Shown piece after piece: positions 24,365-32,000 of a stretch of 32,000 bases of DNA. The notes under the pieces were generated by a model. The model was not told the origin of the DNA. It did no database searches and saw only the letters and a program-made list of their open reading frames with translations. Positions within the stretch are counted from its first letter, which is position 1; every line of letters begins with the position of its first letter. The stretch comes from Tannockella kyphosi (lineage in GTDB: Bacteria; Bacillota_I; Bacilli_A; Erysipelotrichales; Coprobacillaceae). Where the stretch lies: assembly GCF_021054785.1 (NCBI RefSeq), contig NZ_CP088239.1:2160001-2192000 (forward strand). Reading direction: 5' to 3'. The position numbers and the translations under genes are program-made.

Positions 24365-25147
24365 ATGTGTTTGGATAGTATGAATGAATTAGTATCAATT
24401 ATTACTCCTTGTTTTAACAGTGAGGACCTTATTGAAGAAACAATCCGCTCTGTACAAGAGCAAGATTATACAAATTGGGAAATGATCATTATTGATGATT
24501 GTTCTAGTGATGGTACAAGTTTAATAGTAGAAAAATTTACAAGAAAAGATAAACGAATTAAATTTATCCAGTTGAGAAATAACTCCGGTGCTGCAGTTGC
24601 AAGGAATAAAGGTCTTGACGAAGCGCAAGGGCGTTTTATTGCTTATTTGGATGCTGATGATTTATGGGTCCCAAATAAACTAACTATGCAAATTGATTTT
24701 TTAGTAAAAAACGGTTATGGATTCTCTTGTTGCGATTATGAGAAAATTGATATAGATGGGGTTTCATTGAATAAATACATTTCAATGCCGAAAAGCATGT
24801 CATATAATCAGTTTTTACGCAATACCATCATTCAAACAGTAGGTGTAATAATTGACTTAGATATTATTGATAAAAAATTGTTGATAATGCCAAATGTTAG
24901 ACGTGGTCAAGATGCAGCAACATGGTTACAAATTTTAAAAAGTGGGACTGAATTCAAGGGTCAAAATATTGTACTTGCAAAATATAGAAGAGTACCAAAA
25001 TCTCTTAGTTCAAACAAAATTAAAGCGTTTAAAAGAACGTGGTACATATATAGGCATATTGAAAAATTATCATTTATTAAATCTTTTTACTGTGCTATAG
25101 GATGGGCGTACAATGCTATAAAAAAAAGAATATATTTTAATAGATAG
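24365..25147 (+). CDS. Family 2 glycosyltransferase
   Basis: 260 aa. VSIITPCFNSEDLIEETIRSVQEQDYTNWEMIIIDDCSSDGT and YLDADDLW (DxD). An alternative start is the ATG at 24380. Confidence 0.8.
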   Translation: MCLDSMNELVSIITPCFNSEDLIEETIRSVQEQDYTNWEMIIIDDCSSDGTSLIVEKFTRKDKRIKFIQLRNNSGAAVARNKGLDEAQGRFIAYLDADDLWVPNKLTMQIDFLVKNGYGFSCCDYEKIDIDGVSLNKYISMPKSMSYNQFLRNTIIQTVGVIIDLDIIDKKLLIMPNVRRGQDAATWLQILKSGTEFKGQNIVLAKYRRVPKSLSSNKIKAFKRTWYIYRHIEKLSFIKSFYCAIGWAYNAIKKRIYFNR

Positions 25148-25175
25148 TGATTAAAAGGAATAAGGGGGAAAATTA

Positions 25176-26414
25176 ATGAACTTAGTTTTTATAACAAAAT
25201 TTTATCCATTCGGACTTGGCGAAACATTTATAGAAAATGAAATTAAAATAATGTCTAATTACTATGATAAAATTTTGATCATTTCTTGTGATGTCCAGGA
25301 CTGTGATAAAATAATTAGGCCTCTTCCTAAAAATGTAGAAGCCATCAAATTATCTGGAATGTCTCGTTTTGACAAGGCGAAGAGTGTAATCAAAGGAAGC
25401 AAGTATATTATTTCCAGTGATGAAAGTATCATGTATGAAATGCAGGATTGCAGAAACATACTACAAAAAATATTCGTCGGATATTTTGAACAAAAGAACC
25501 AACATTTATCGGCTCAAATAATTGATTCAAAACTTTTACGTGATTTTTGTGATAATGATTTTATATTATATAGTTATTGGTTTTTTAGTACTGCAAAATT
25601 AGGTGTTGAAATCAATAATAAGTATAATTCGCTATTTTTCTTTAGTAGAGCCCATCGCTATGATTTATATGAAGAACGTAGTTTAATAAAACGTCTTCCT
25701 TTCAGGAATCTTCTACTAGAAGAATGTGATAATGTGTTACCTTGCTCAGAAAATGGAACAAGTTATCTAAAGAAAAAATATCCGAATTTTTCTAATAAAA
25801 TAATGACATCATTACTCGGTACCCTAGATTATGGTATAGCTCCTTATTCTGCTGACGGTAAATTTAGAATTGTAAGTTGTTCTAGAGTGGAGTCTGTAAA
25901 AAGACTGGATAAACTTGTTTTGGCACTTGAACTTTTGCAAAATGAATATACTAATATTGAATGGGTACACATAGGTGATGGTACTAAATACAACAAAGTT
26001 TATAATCTGGCAAAAAAAAGGTTAAAAAACATTAAAGTTTCTTTTTTTGGGGCACTATCAAATTCTGATGTTTTGGAATTTTATAAAAATAATCCAATTG
26101 ATTTATTTGTTAATGTGAGTTCTAGCGAAGGACTACCGGTCTCAATTATGGAAGCAATAAGCTTTGGAATACCGGCTCTCGCTACTGATGTAGGGGGTAC
26201 ATCCGAGATTGTTATTGACAATGTAACAGGAAAATTAATGAGAGATGATTTTAAAAATGAGGATCTTTTTGATGGAATAAAATATTTTATTCTATCTGAA
26301 AACAAGGAAACAAAAATACAATTAAGAGAATCATGTAGAAATTATTGGAAAGAAAATTTTCAAGCAGAAAAAAACTATAATTTATTGCATACATATCTAA
26401 TTAAGGAGGAATAA
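25176..26414 (+). CDS. GT-B glycosyltransferase (family 4-like)
   Basis: 412 aa. The C-terminal motif is SSSEGLPVSIMEAISFGIPALATDVGGTSEIV (E-x7-E type). Confidence 0.75.
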   Translation: MNLVFITKFYPFGLGETFIENEIKIMSNYYDKILIISCDVQDCDKIIRPLPKNVEAIKLSGMSRFDKAKSVIKGSKYIISSDESIMYEMQDCRNILQKIFVGYFEQKNQHLSAQIIDSKLLRDFCDNDFILYSYWFFSTAKLGVEINNKYNSLFFFSRAHRYDLYEERSLIKRLPFRNLLLEECDNVLPCSENGTSYLKKKYPNFSNKIMTSLLGTLDYGIAPYSADGKFRIVSCSRVESVKRLDKLVLALELLQNEYTNIEWVHIGDGTKYNKVYNLAKKRLKNIKVSFFGALSNSDVLEFYKNNPIDLFVNVSSSEGLPVSIMEAISFGIPALATDVGGTSEIVIDNVTGKLMRDDFKNEDLFDGIKYFILSENKETKIQLRESCRNYWKENFQAEKNYNLLHTYLIKEE

Positions 26415-26415
26415 G

Positions 26416-27378
26416 ATGAAAGTGTCTGGTAAAATTGCGCTTCTTAAGCGTTGGACTAAAATTATCACAGGACGAAATCGTGTTGCTATACCCCAGGGGG
26501 TTGGGAAAATTTATTCAAAAAACGAAATTCTAGGATACTATAATGATTTAACTGGAAAAGTAAATGATGATACTTTATTAGACGATCAAGGAATACCGTT
26601 AAATTTGATAGGAAACGGAGATCTTGTTTACTTCCCAATTAGTATTTTTCAATACGCTTTGGGCATGTGGGATAAATTCTTGCTAGAAAAAGATAATAGT
26701 TATAAAAATAAATTTCTTCAATTAGCTGAATGGGTAATTCTAAATCAAAAAAATGATGGATCTTGGAACTGTTTTGGTCCTATTGGATATGAATATTTTT
26801 CTGTCTCATCCATGGGGCAAGGTGAAGCTATATCGGTAATGCTACGTGCTTATGTCTGCAATAGAGATTCAAAATGGCTTGATGCCACGACTAAAGCTAT
26901 AGAATTTATGTGTTTAGATGTCGAAAGTGGAGGAACAATACTTCACGAAAATGGAAAAATTTATTTAGAAGAGTATCCATCTATAGACGAAAATTTGTCA
27001 CATCCAAAGGTAACGGTTTTGAATGGCTGGATTTTTTCACTTTTTGGTATGTATGATTATTTACAAATTATAGAAAATGAAAAAGTAGAGGAGATTTACT
27101 TAAAGTCGATAGACACATTAAAAGAAACTCTTTGTAAATATGACATGGGATATTGGACTTATTACGATCGCTCTGGTTTAATCGCTAGCCCTGCATATCA
27201 TAATCTTCATGTGAATCTTTTACTAGTTTTATCTGATTTAACAGGAGAGGTTTATTTCAAAGAAATTGCAATAAAGTGGGAACAGTATCCTTTAAAAAAG
27301 ATGAATGTTATTAGAGCTGTATATAGAAAAATAATTCAAAAAATGGGTGAAAGTTCAGAAGGAGTAATTATAAAATGA
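26416..27378 (+). CDS. D-glucuronyl C5-epimerase family protein (C5-epim_C domain)
   Basis: 320 aa. Blocks collinear with human GLCE as I recall it: YFPISIFQYALG / YFPIQIAQYGL; WVILNQKNDGSW / WLVRNQDEKGGW; SSMGQGEAISVMLRAY / SAMAQGQAISTLVRAY; YLEEYPS...VLNGWIFSLFGMYD / WYEEYPT...VLNGFMYSLIGLYD; YHNLHVNLL / YHTTHINQL. Confidence 0.8.
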   Translation: MKVSGKIALLKRWTKIITGRNRVAIPQGVGKIYSKNEILGYYNDLTGKVNDDTLLDDQGIPLNLIGNGDLVYFPISIFQYALGMWDKFLLEKDNSYKNKFLQLAEWVILNQKNDGSWNCFGPIGYEYFSVSSMGQGEAISVMLRAYVCNRDSKWLDATTKAIEFMCLDVESGGTILHENGKIYLEEYPSIDENLSHPKVTVLNGWIFSLFGMYDYLQIIENEKVEEIYLKSIDTLKETLCKYDMGYWTYYDRSGLIASPAYHNLHVNLLLVLSDLTGEVYFKEIAIKWEQYPLKKMNVIRAVYRKIIQKMGESSEGVIIK

Positions 27379-28484
27379 AACGCGTATTATGTATAGTTGG
27401 TGGCATGAATGCTGGTGGTGCAGAAACTTTTTTAATGAAAATATACAGAGAATTAGACAAGTCTAAGTATCAAATGGATTTTTGTGTCACTACTAAGAAA
27501 AAAGGATTTTATGATGACGAAATATGCAGTATGGGCGGTAGAGTAATAAGGGTGGTTCCAAAAAGCGAAAACCCTATTAAATCCTTCTTTAGTTATTACT
27601 GCACAATAAAGAATAATAATTATAAAATTGTTCTAAGAACTTCGCAACACTCACTTTCTGCCATAGAGCTGTTAATTGGCTGGCTTGCAGGCGCTAAAAC
27701 AAGGGTTTATAGATCTAGCAATTCCCAAACGATGGGTACTGGGATAGAAGCCGTTTTTCATAAAATGTTTTCCTTTCTGCCCAAAATTTTTGCAAATGTA
27801 AAAATTGCCCCTTCTGATAAAGCAGCAATTTTTATGTTTGGAAAACAAGAATATCAAAACGGTAAGGTTTTGATTTTGAAAAATGGAATTCCTATTGATG
27901 ACTTTTTATTTAATGAAGATTTGAGAAAGAAAACTAGATGTGATTTGAAGATTGATGATAAGTTTGTCATGGGACACATAGGGAGATTTAGCAATCAAAA
28001 AAACCATAGGTTTTTAATAGATATTTTTAGTGAATTCAACAAAATAAAAACCAATTCTTGTCTACTTTTGATCGGCACAGGCGAGCTCAAGGATGATATT
28101 GTGTCATATATAGAAAATAAAGGCTTATCAAATAAGGTGTTTTTATTAGGCGTTAGGAATGATATTCCTGCATTGTTATCAGCTATGGACACTTTTGTTT
28201 TCCCTTCTTTTTATGAGGGGATGCCAAATACTGTTATTGAAGCTCAAGCAAATGGGCTATCTTCTTTTATATCTAATACTATTTCAAATGATGTCAAAAT
28301 CAATGATAATGTGCATTTGCTCGATATCGAAACGCCCGCTGATAAGTGGGCAAATGTGATAGTAGATAAATATGACAGATTATCTATTGATGAATGTCAA
28401 TTTAATCTGACAGCTAGTGGCTATAATATAAAGGATGTAGTTAAAATGTTTGAAAAAGAAGTTTTATTAAAGGAGGTAAATTAA
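27375..28484 (+). CDS. GT-B glycosyltransferase (family 4-like)
   Basis: 369 aa. CIVGGMNAGGAETF at the N-terminus and FPSFYEGMPNTVIEAQANGL at the C-terminus. It overlaps the upstream stop by 4 nt (ATGA). Confidence 0.8.
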   Translation: MKRVLCIVGGMNAGGAETFLMKIYRELDKSKYQMDFCVTTKKKGFYDDEICSMGGRVIRVVPKSENPIKSFFSYYCTIKNNNYKIVLRTSQHSLSAIELLIGWLAGAKTRVYRSSNSQTMGTGIEAVFHKMFSFLPKIFANVKIAPSDKAAIFMFGKQEYQNGKVLILKNGIPIDDFLFNEDLRKKTRCDLKIDDKFVMGHIGRFSNQKNHRFLIDIFSEFNKIKTNSCLLLIGTGELKDDIVSYIENKGLSNKVFLLGVRNDIPALLSAMDTFVFPSFYEGMPNTVIEAQANGLSSFISNTISNDVKINDNVHLLDIETPADKWANVIVDKYDRLSIDECQFNLTASGYNIKDVVKMFEKEVLLKEVN

Positions 28485-29801
28485 ATGGGCTTATTGTTTT
28501 TAACTATATTTTTGTTAATATCAACAATTATATATTGTGGTGGTAGAACCACTTTTGCAATTATGATGTCTTATTTAATTATTTCTCCAGATATTCAGAT
28601 ATTTGGAATGCAGATTGACTCTATTTACTTGGCTGTTCTGTATTTTTTAATACTTATATTGCGAACAAAACCAAAAATTAAAAAACCCCCAGTTGTTTTT
28701 AATGCATATCTTAAATTAATAATATTGGTATATCTTGTTTACAGTGTATCTTGGCTAGTATTTAGTAGATTAGACTTTGTAACATATCTTAGCTGTGTTA
28801 CTGGTGCAATAAAAATTCTGCTATTTTTATTAGAGGTCTGGATAATGAATGAAAGTCTGGAAAATTTAGATTATACTTGTGAAACTGCTAAAATGATAGG
28901 AATCGTTCTAATAATAAATTTTGTTTTCATTTTATTTCAAAAATCTAGTTTAGATTTATCAATGACTTTTTTGGATACATATTTATCAAATGAAGAATAC
29001 GAATATATGGTATATTCTACAAAATACGGTTACTATAACCGTTTCAATGGACTGTTTGCCTACCCGATGCACATGGGTCTTTTCGGTACTTATGCTATAG
29101 CTTTTTTGACAATGTATGATCACAAATTGAAATCTCTATTTAAATGGATTTTGATTTTTATAGCGGGATATATAGGGATTCTATCAGCATCCAAAAGTTT
29201 TATTTTTGGAGTAGTTATTTTTTACTGTTTAAATATGGTGAGGCTTTTTATTCAAAGTAAATCTACAGCCCCCAAAAAATATTCAGTGATAGGCGTATTT
29301 CTTATTGCAATGCTTTTTATTATTTTCTATAATCAAATATATAATCTTGTTTTAAATGTTTTTGGATCTAATTTTGCAAGATACATTTTGATGTTATCAA
29401 CCCCAATGGAGATATTATCAACTCGTTTTGATGCGGATACGGGGGCTATAAATGATTTGATGTATTTTTTAGAAAACCACTTCTTTTTTGGGGTAGGCCC
29501 ATCTAGTATTATGGGGGAATATGTAATGGATAATGCCTTCTATATGATTTTACACAATGGGGGGATGCTGGCAGTTAGTATCGTGGCTTATTTTTATACA
29601 AAACTTGTTTTTTTATGCAAAAATAAATCAAATCATCTAATAATGATATTTTTGGTATTTGTTACTGGATTAGGATTTCAAACTTGGATAGTTGAAACTA
29701 TTTCGGTTTGGATAATATTTTATATTGTGCTTGATTTAAAAGAAAGTAGTAGTTTTTCTTTTGATTTAAAGTTCAAAAGAAGTAATCTTAAGGAAATGTG
29801 A
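28485..29801 (+). CDS. Wzy-like polysaccharide polymerase / O-antigen ligase-family membrane protein
   Basis: 438 aa with about 10 or more predicted TM helices. It is Phe/Ile/Leu-rich and sits inside the glycosyltransferase block. No motif-level confirmation is possible by eye. Confidence 0.55.
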   Translation: MGLLFLTIFLLISTIIYCGGRTTFAIMMSYLIISPDIQIFGMQIDSIYLAVLYFLILILRTKPKIKKPPVVFNAYLKLIILVYLVYSVSWLVFSRLDFVTYLSCVTGAIKILLFLLEVWIMNESLENLDYTCETAKMIGIVLIINFVFILFQKSSLDLSMTFLDTYLSNEEYEYMVYSTKYGYYNRFNGLFAYPMHMGLFGTYAIAFLTMYDHKLKSLFKWILIFIAGYIGILSASKSFIFGVVIFYCLNMVRLFIQSKSTAPKKYSVIGVFLIAMLFIIFYNQIYNLVLNVFGSNFARYILMLSTPMEILSTRFDADTGAINDLMYFLENHFFFGVGPSSIMGEYVMDNAFYMILHNGGMLAVSIVAYFYTKLVFLCKNKSNHLIMIFLVFVTGLGFQTWIVETISVWIIFYIVLDLKESSSFSFDLKFKRSNLKEM

Positions 29802-29858
29802 AATTTTTATTAATTTAAAGAATAGATATTAATGTTCGCGGAAAGGCGGAGTGCTTAA

Positions 29859-30725
29859 ATGAATAATTTATTTATTGTTAAAGATAAAGGGATGTATTTC
29901 TATCCTTTAGAAGAGAAATGCGTATGTTCCACAAGGGAAACAATATCTTGTCGCATATTGAAGAAAATATATACTAAATTAAATATTGCATTCCCTGCAT
30001 ATATTATTAATACCATTGTACTAGATTGGATTGCTAATTCACAAGATGTGATCGTAGTTACTGATTCAGCATTTAGCATATCTTTCGTGAAATTTTTAAA
30101 GAAAAAAAAAGTGAATATGTGCCTTTATTTTCAAAACGAAATAACAAATGAAAACTGTTATAAAATGTCTTTTTTTGATAATATATATACTTATGATAAT
30201 GTAGATGCCAAAAAATATGGACTAAAATTTATGCACTATCCATACTCAGGAAAGGTAAAAAAAAATAATTCCACTAACTATCTTTATGACGTTTACTTTA
30301 TTGGAAACGCAAAAGATAGAGAACCTCAAATCTTAAAATTATACGGAGAATTAAAAAAAGCAGGACTAAGTGTTCTTTTTAAAGTTGTTGGAGCAGAAAG
30401 CAAATCTATTAAAAGTGATAAGTATGTCAATTATGAAGAAAATTTAAAATATATAGAACAATCTAAGTGTCTTTTGGATATCAATGATGTTAATCAACAC
30501 GCGCCATCGATTAGATATTTAGAATCAATTTTTTTGGAGAAAAAACTTATCACTACCCAAACCAACATAAGAACATATAAGTATTTTAATCCTGAAAATA
30601 CTTTGGTCATAGATTCAGACAACTATTTTGATCAGCTTAATGATTTTATTGCCAAGGAATATAAAGAAGTAGAAACAAATTTTGATAATATTGATTTTCA
30701 TAATTGGATTGATCTGTTTTATTAA
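29859..30725 (+). CDS. Polysaccharide-locus protein of unknown function
   Basis: 288-aa soluble ORF with an RBS GGCGGAG. The only pattern I can point to is DVYFIGNAKDREPQI ... CLLDIN, which vaguely resembles capsule/LOS transferases. No confident family assignment. Confidence 0.5.
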   Translation: MNNLFIVKDKGMYFYPLEEKCVCSTRETISCRILKKIYTKLNIAFPAYIINTIVLDWIANSQDVIVVTDSAFSISFVKFLKKKKVNMCLYFQNEITNENCYKMSFFDNIYTYDNVDAKKYGLKFMHYPYSGKVKKNNSTNYLYDVYFIGNAKDREPQILKLYGELKKAGLSVLFKVVGAESKSIKSDKYVNYEENLKYIEQSKCLLDINDVNQHAPSIRYLESIFLEKKLITTQTNIRTYKYFNPENTLVIDSDNYFDQLNDFIAKEYKEVETNFDNIDFHNWIDLFY

Positions 30726-30772
30726 GATTAAGAGAATTTAGTTAATATGGATACAGAGAAGGGATAAGAAAA

Positions 30773-31768
30773 ATGAAAGCAGATAGAATAGAAATAATAT
30801 TAGTTACAGGGGCTGCAGGATTTATAGGATCACATTTATGTGAGCAATTACTTAGAGAAGGAATAAACGTTATCGGAATAGATTCTTTTAATTCTTATTA
30901 TGATGTCGAGATTAAGAAAAACAATGTGAAATTAATAGAAGCTACTGCAAAAGATAATGGCAAAAATTTCCAGATGCTTACAGGGGATATCAGAGACACA
31001 CAGTTTCTAAACACGGTCTTTAGTAAATATAAAATTGATGCGATAGTTTCATTAGCTGCAAATGCAGGGGTTAGACCATCAATTGAAGAACCTTTAGAAT
31101 ATATTTCGGTAAATTTGGATGGACTAACTAAATTACTTGAATGTGCAAAAAATTACGGAATAAAAAAGTTTATTTTTGCGTCATCATCATCAGTTTATGG
31201 AAATAATAGGAAAACACCTTTTTCAGAAGAGGACCCTGTGGATAACCCTATTTCTCCTTATGCAGCCACAAAAAAAGCTGGAGAATTAATCTGTTATACA
31301 TATCATTCGTTATATGATATTAATATTGCTTGCCTTCGATATTTCACAGTATATGGACCGAGGCAAAGACCAGATTTAGCAATTAATAAGTTTACAAGAT
31401 TAATATTTAACGGCAGTAAGATTGAAATGTATGGTGACGGATCAACGGCACGAGATTATACATATGTTTCAGACGTTGTTTCAGGAACTATTGCAGCAAT
31501 AAACTATCTCTCACGAGATGAAAGTATTTATGATATTTTTAATTTGGGCGGTTCGAATCCGATTAAGCTAATTGATCTAATTGATTTAATAGCTAAAACT
31601 TTAAATAAACCGGTTGAGATTATTACTAAGCCTATGCAACCTGGAGATGTTGAAGTTACGTTTAGTGATTTTAGTAGGGCACAAGAAAAATTAAACTACT
31701 ATCCTCAAGTGACTATTGAAAAAGGGATTGAAAATTTTGTAAGATGGTATGTAAAGAACTCGGATTAG
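30773..31768 (+). CDS. NAD-dependent sugar-nucleotide epimerase, UDP-glucuronate 4-epimerase-like (SDR)
   Basis: 331 aa. VTGAAGFIGSHL, DSFNSYYD, the catalytic YAATKKAGE, and RYFTVYGPRQRPDLAINKF. Compare FTVYGPWGRPDMAYFFF in plant and bacterial GlcA 4-epimerases. Confidence 0.7.
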   Translation: MKADRIEIILVTGAAGFIGSHLCEQLLREGINVIGIDSFNSYYDVEIKKNNVKLIEATAKDNGKNFQMLTGDIRDTQFLNTVFSKYKIDAIVSLAANAGVRPSIEEPLEYISVNLDGLTKLLECAKNYGIKKFIFASSSSVYGNNRKTPFSEEDPVDNPISPYAATKKAGELICYTYHSLYDINIACLRYFTVYGPRQRPDLAINKFTRLIFNGSKIEMYGDGSTARDYTYVSDVVSGTIAAINYLSRDESIYDIFNLGGSNPIKLIDLIDLIAKTLNKPVEIITKPMQPGDVEVTFSDFSRAQEKLNYYPQVTIEKGIENFVRWYVKNSD

Positions 31769-31862
31769 TAAATAACTAAATTTTAATAAAAAAATGGATT
31801 TTATCTGATGCATTTTTCTATAAAAATAATTTTTATAAAATTCAAAATGGGAAGGCGTTAAA

Positions 31863-32000
31863 ATGAAAGGCATAATTTTAGCAGGTGGGAGTGGTACAAG
31901 ATTATACCCTCTTACACAAGTAACAAGTAAACAATTATTACCAATATATGATAAACCTATGATATATTATCCATTATCAACCCTAATGTTAGCAGGTATA
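31863..32000 (+). CDS. rfbA: Glucose-1-phosphate thymidylyltransferase; 5' part only, runs off the window
   Basis: [46 protein letters not shown] is the canonical RmlA N-terminus. The ORF is open to the window end. Confidence 0.85.
   Translation, partial: MKGIILAGGSGTRLYPLTQVTSKQLLPIYDKPMIYYPLSTLMLAGI

Noticed and set aside
25262-28359. Short ORFs from the track inside the glycosyltransferase genes: 25262-25459, 26081-26305, 27672-27857, 27995-28192 (all minus strand) and 28159-28359 (plus strand)
   Set aside because: The four minus-strand ORFs are embedded antisense in longer ORFs with glycosyltransferase motifs. 28159-28359 is on the sense strand but out of frame within the glycosyltransferase gene at 27375-28484. 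None has an RBS.
24300-31800. Impression that the serotype-specific glycan genes have slightly different composition or codon choice from the LCP/priming-transferase genes
   Set aside because: I cannot compute GC or codon statistics reliably by eye. The difference, if any, is small, so it is left as an untested impression.
31691-31873. 60-aa minus-strand ORF between the epimerase gene and rfbA
   Set aside because: It overlaps the 3' end of the epimerase gene and the rfbA start on the opposite strand, and it is AT-rich and low-complexity.
1-32000. Scan for CRISPR arrays, tRNA/rRNA genes, riboswitch-like leaders and retron/DGR-type structures
   Set aside because: I found no regularly spaced direct repeats, no cloverleaf-compatible GC-rich segments, and no reverse-transcriptase-like ORF. 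The long intergenic regions (16415-16753, 17951-18279, 21153-21440) look like AT-rich promoter DNA. Small RNAs cannot be excluded without covariance-model searches.

Overview
Low-GC (about 30% by eye), Firmicutes-like chromosomal segment. All family calls come from motif recognition by eye; no database search was possible.

Layout, left to right:
1. A partial IS1634-like transposase running off the left edge (1-1208, minus strand).
2. An mglBAC-type galactose/glucose ABC transporter operon plus a small membrane ORF (1.6-5.5 kb).
3. An accessory, defence-island-like block of about 11 kb (5.5-16.4 kb). It holds:
   - an orphan ABC-type (AAA_21-like) ATPase followed by what looks like the decayed start of a lost partner gene;
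   - a DarT-DarG (DNA ADP-ribosyltransferase / macrodomain antitoxin) pair;
   - a solo HipA-like kinase bracketed by 44-bp repeats derived from IS200 tnpA;
   - a patch of gene fragments (mglC-like scrap, Toprim-like N-terminus, IS200 tnpA pseudogene);
   - two paralogous LytTR regulators with pseudo-receiver domains, one truncated;
   - a complete IS1202-type insertion sequence with 28-bp target duplication;
   - a translationally coupled ATPase + RloB/Toprim-like pair (AbiL/PARIS-like architecture).
4. ugd (UDP-glucose 6-dehydrogenase).
5. A streptococcal-FCT-like pilus locus: HTH regulator, SipA-like signal-peptidase homologue, FctA-like pilin with a VPETG sorting signal, and a class B sortase.
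6. A Wzy-type surface-polysaccharide locus: LCP protein, priming phosphotransferase, three glycosyltransferases, a D-glucuronyl C5-epimerase homologue, a Wzy-like polymerase, an unknown 288-aa protein, a UDP-glucuronate 4-epimerase-like enzyme, and the start of rfbA.

The best candidates for poorly described biology are the ATPase-RloB cassette, the orphan ATPase next to DarTG, the partnerless HipA-like kinase, and the polymer-level uronic acid epimerase in a Gram-positive-type capsule locus.
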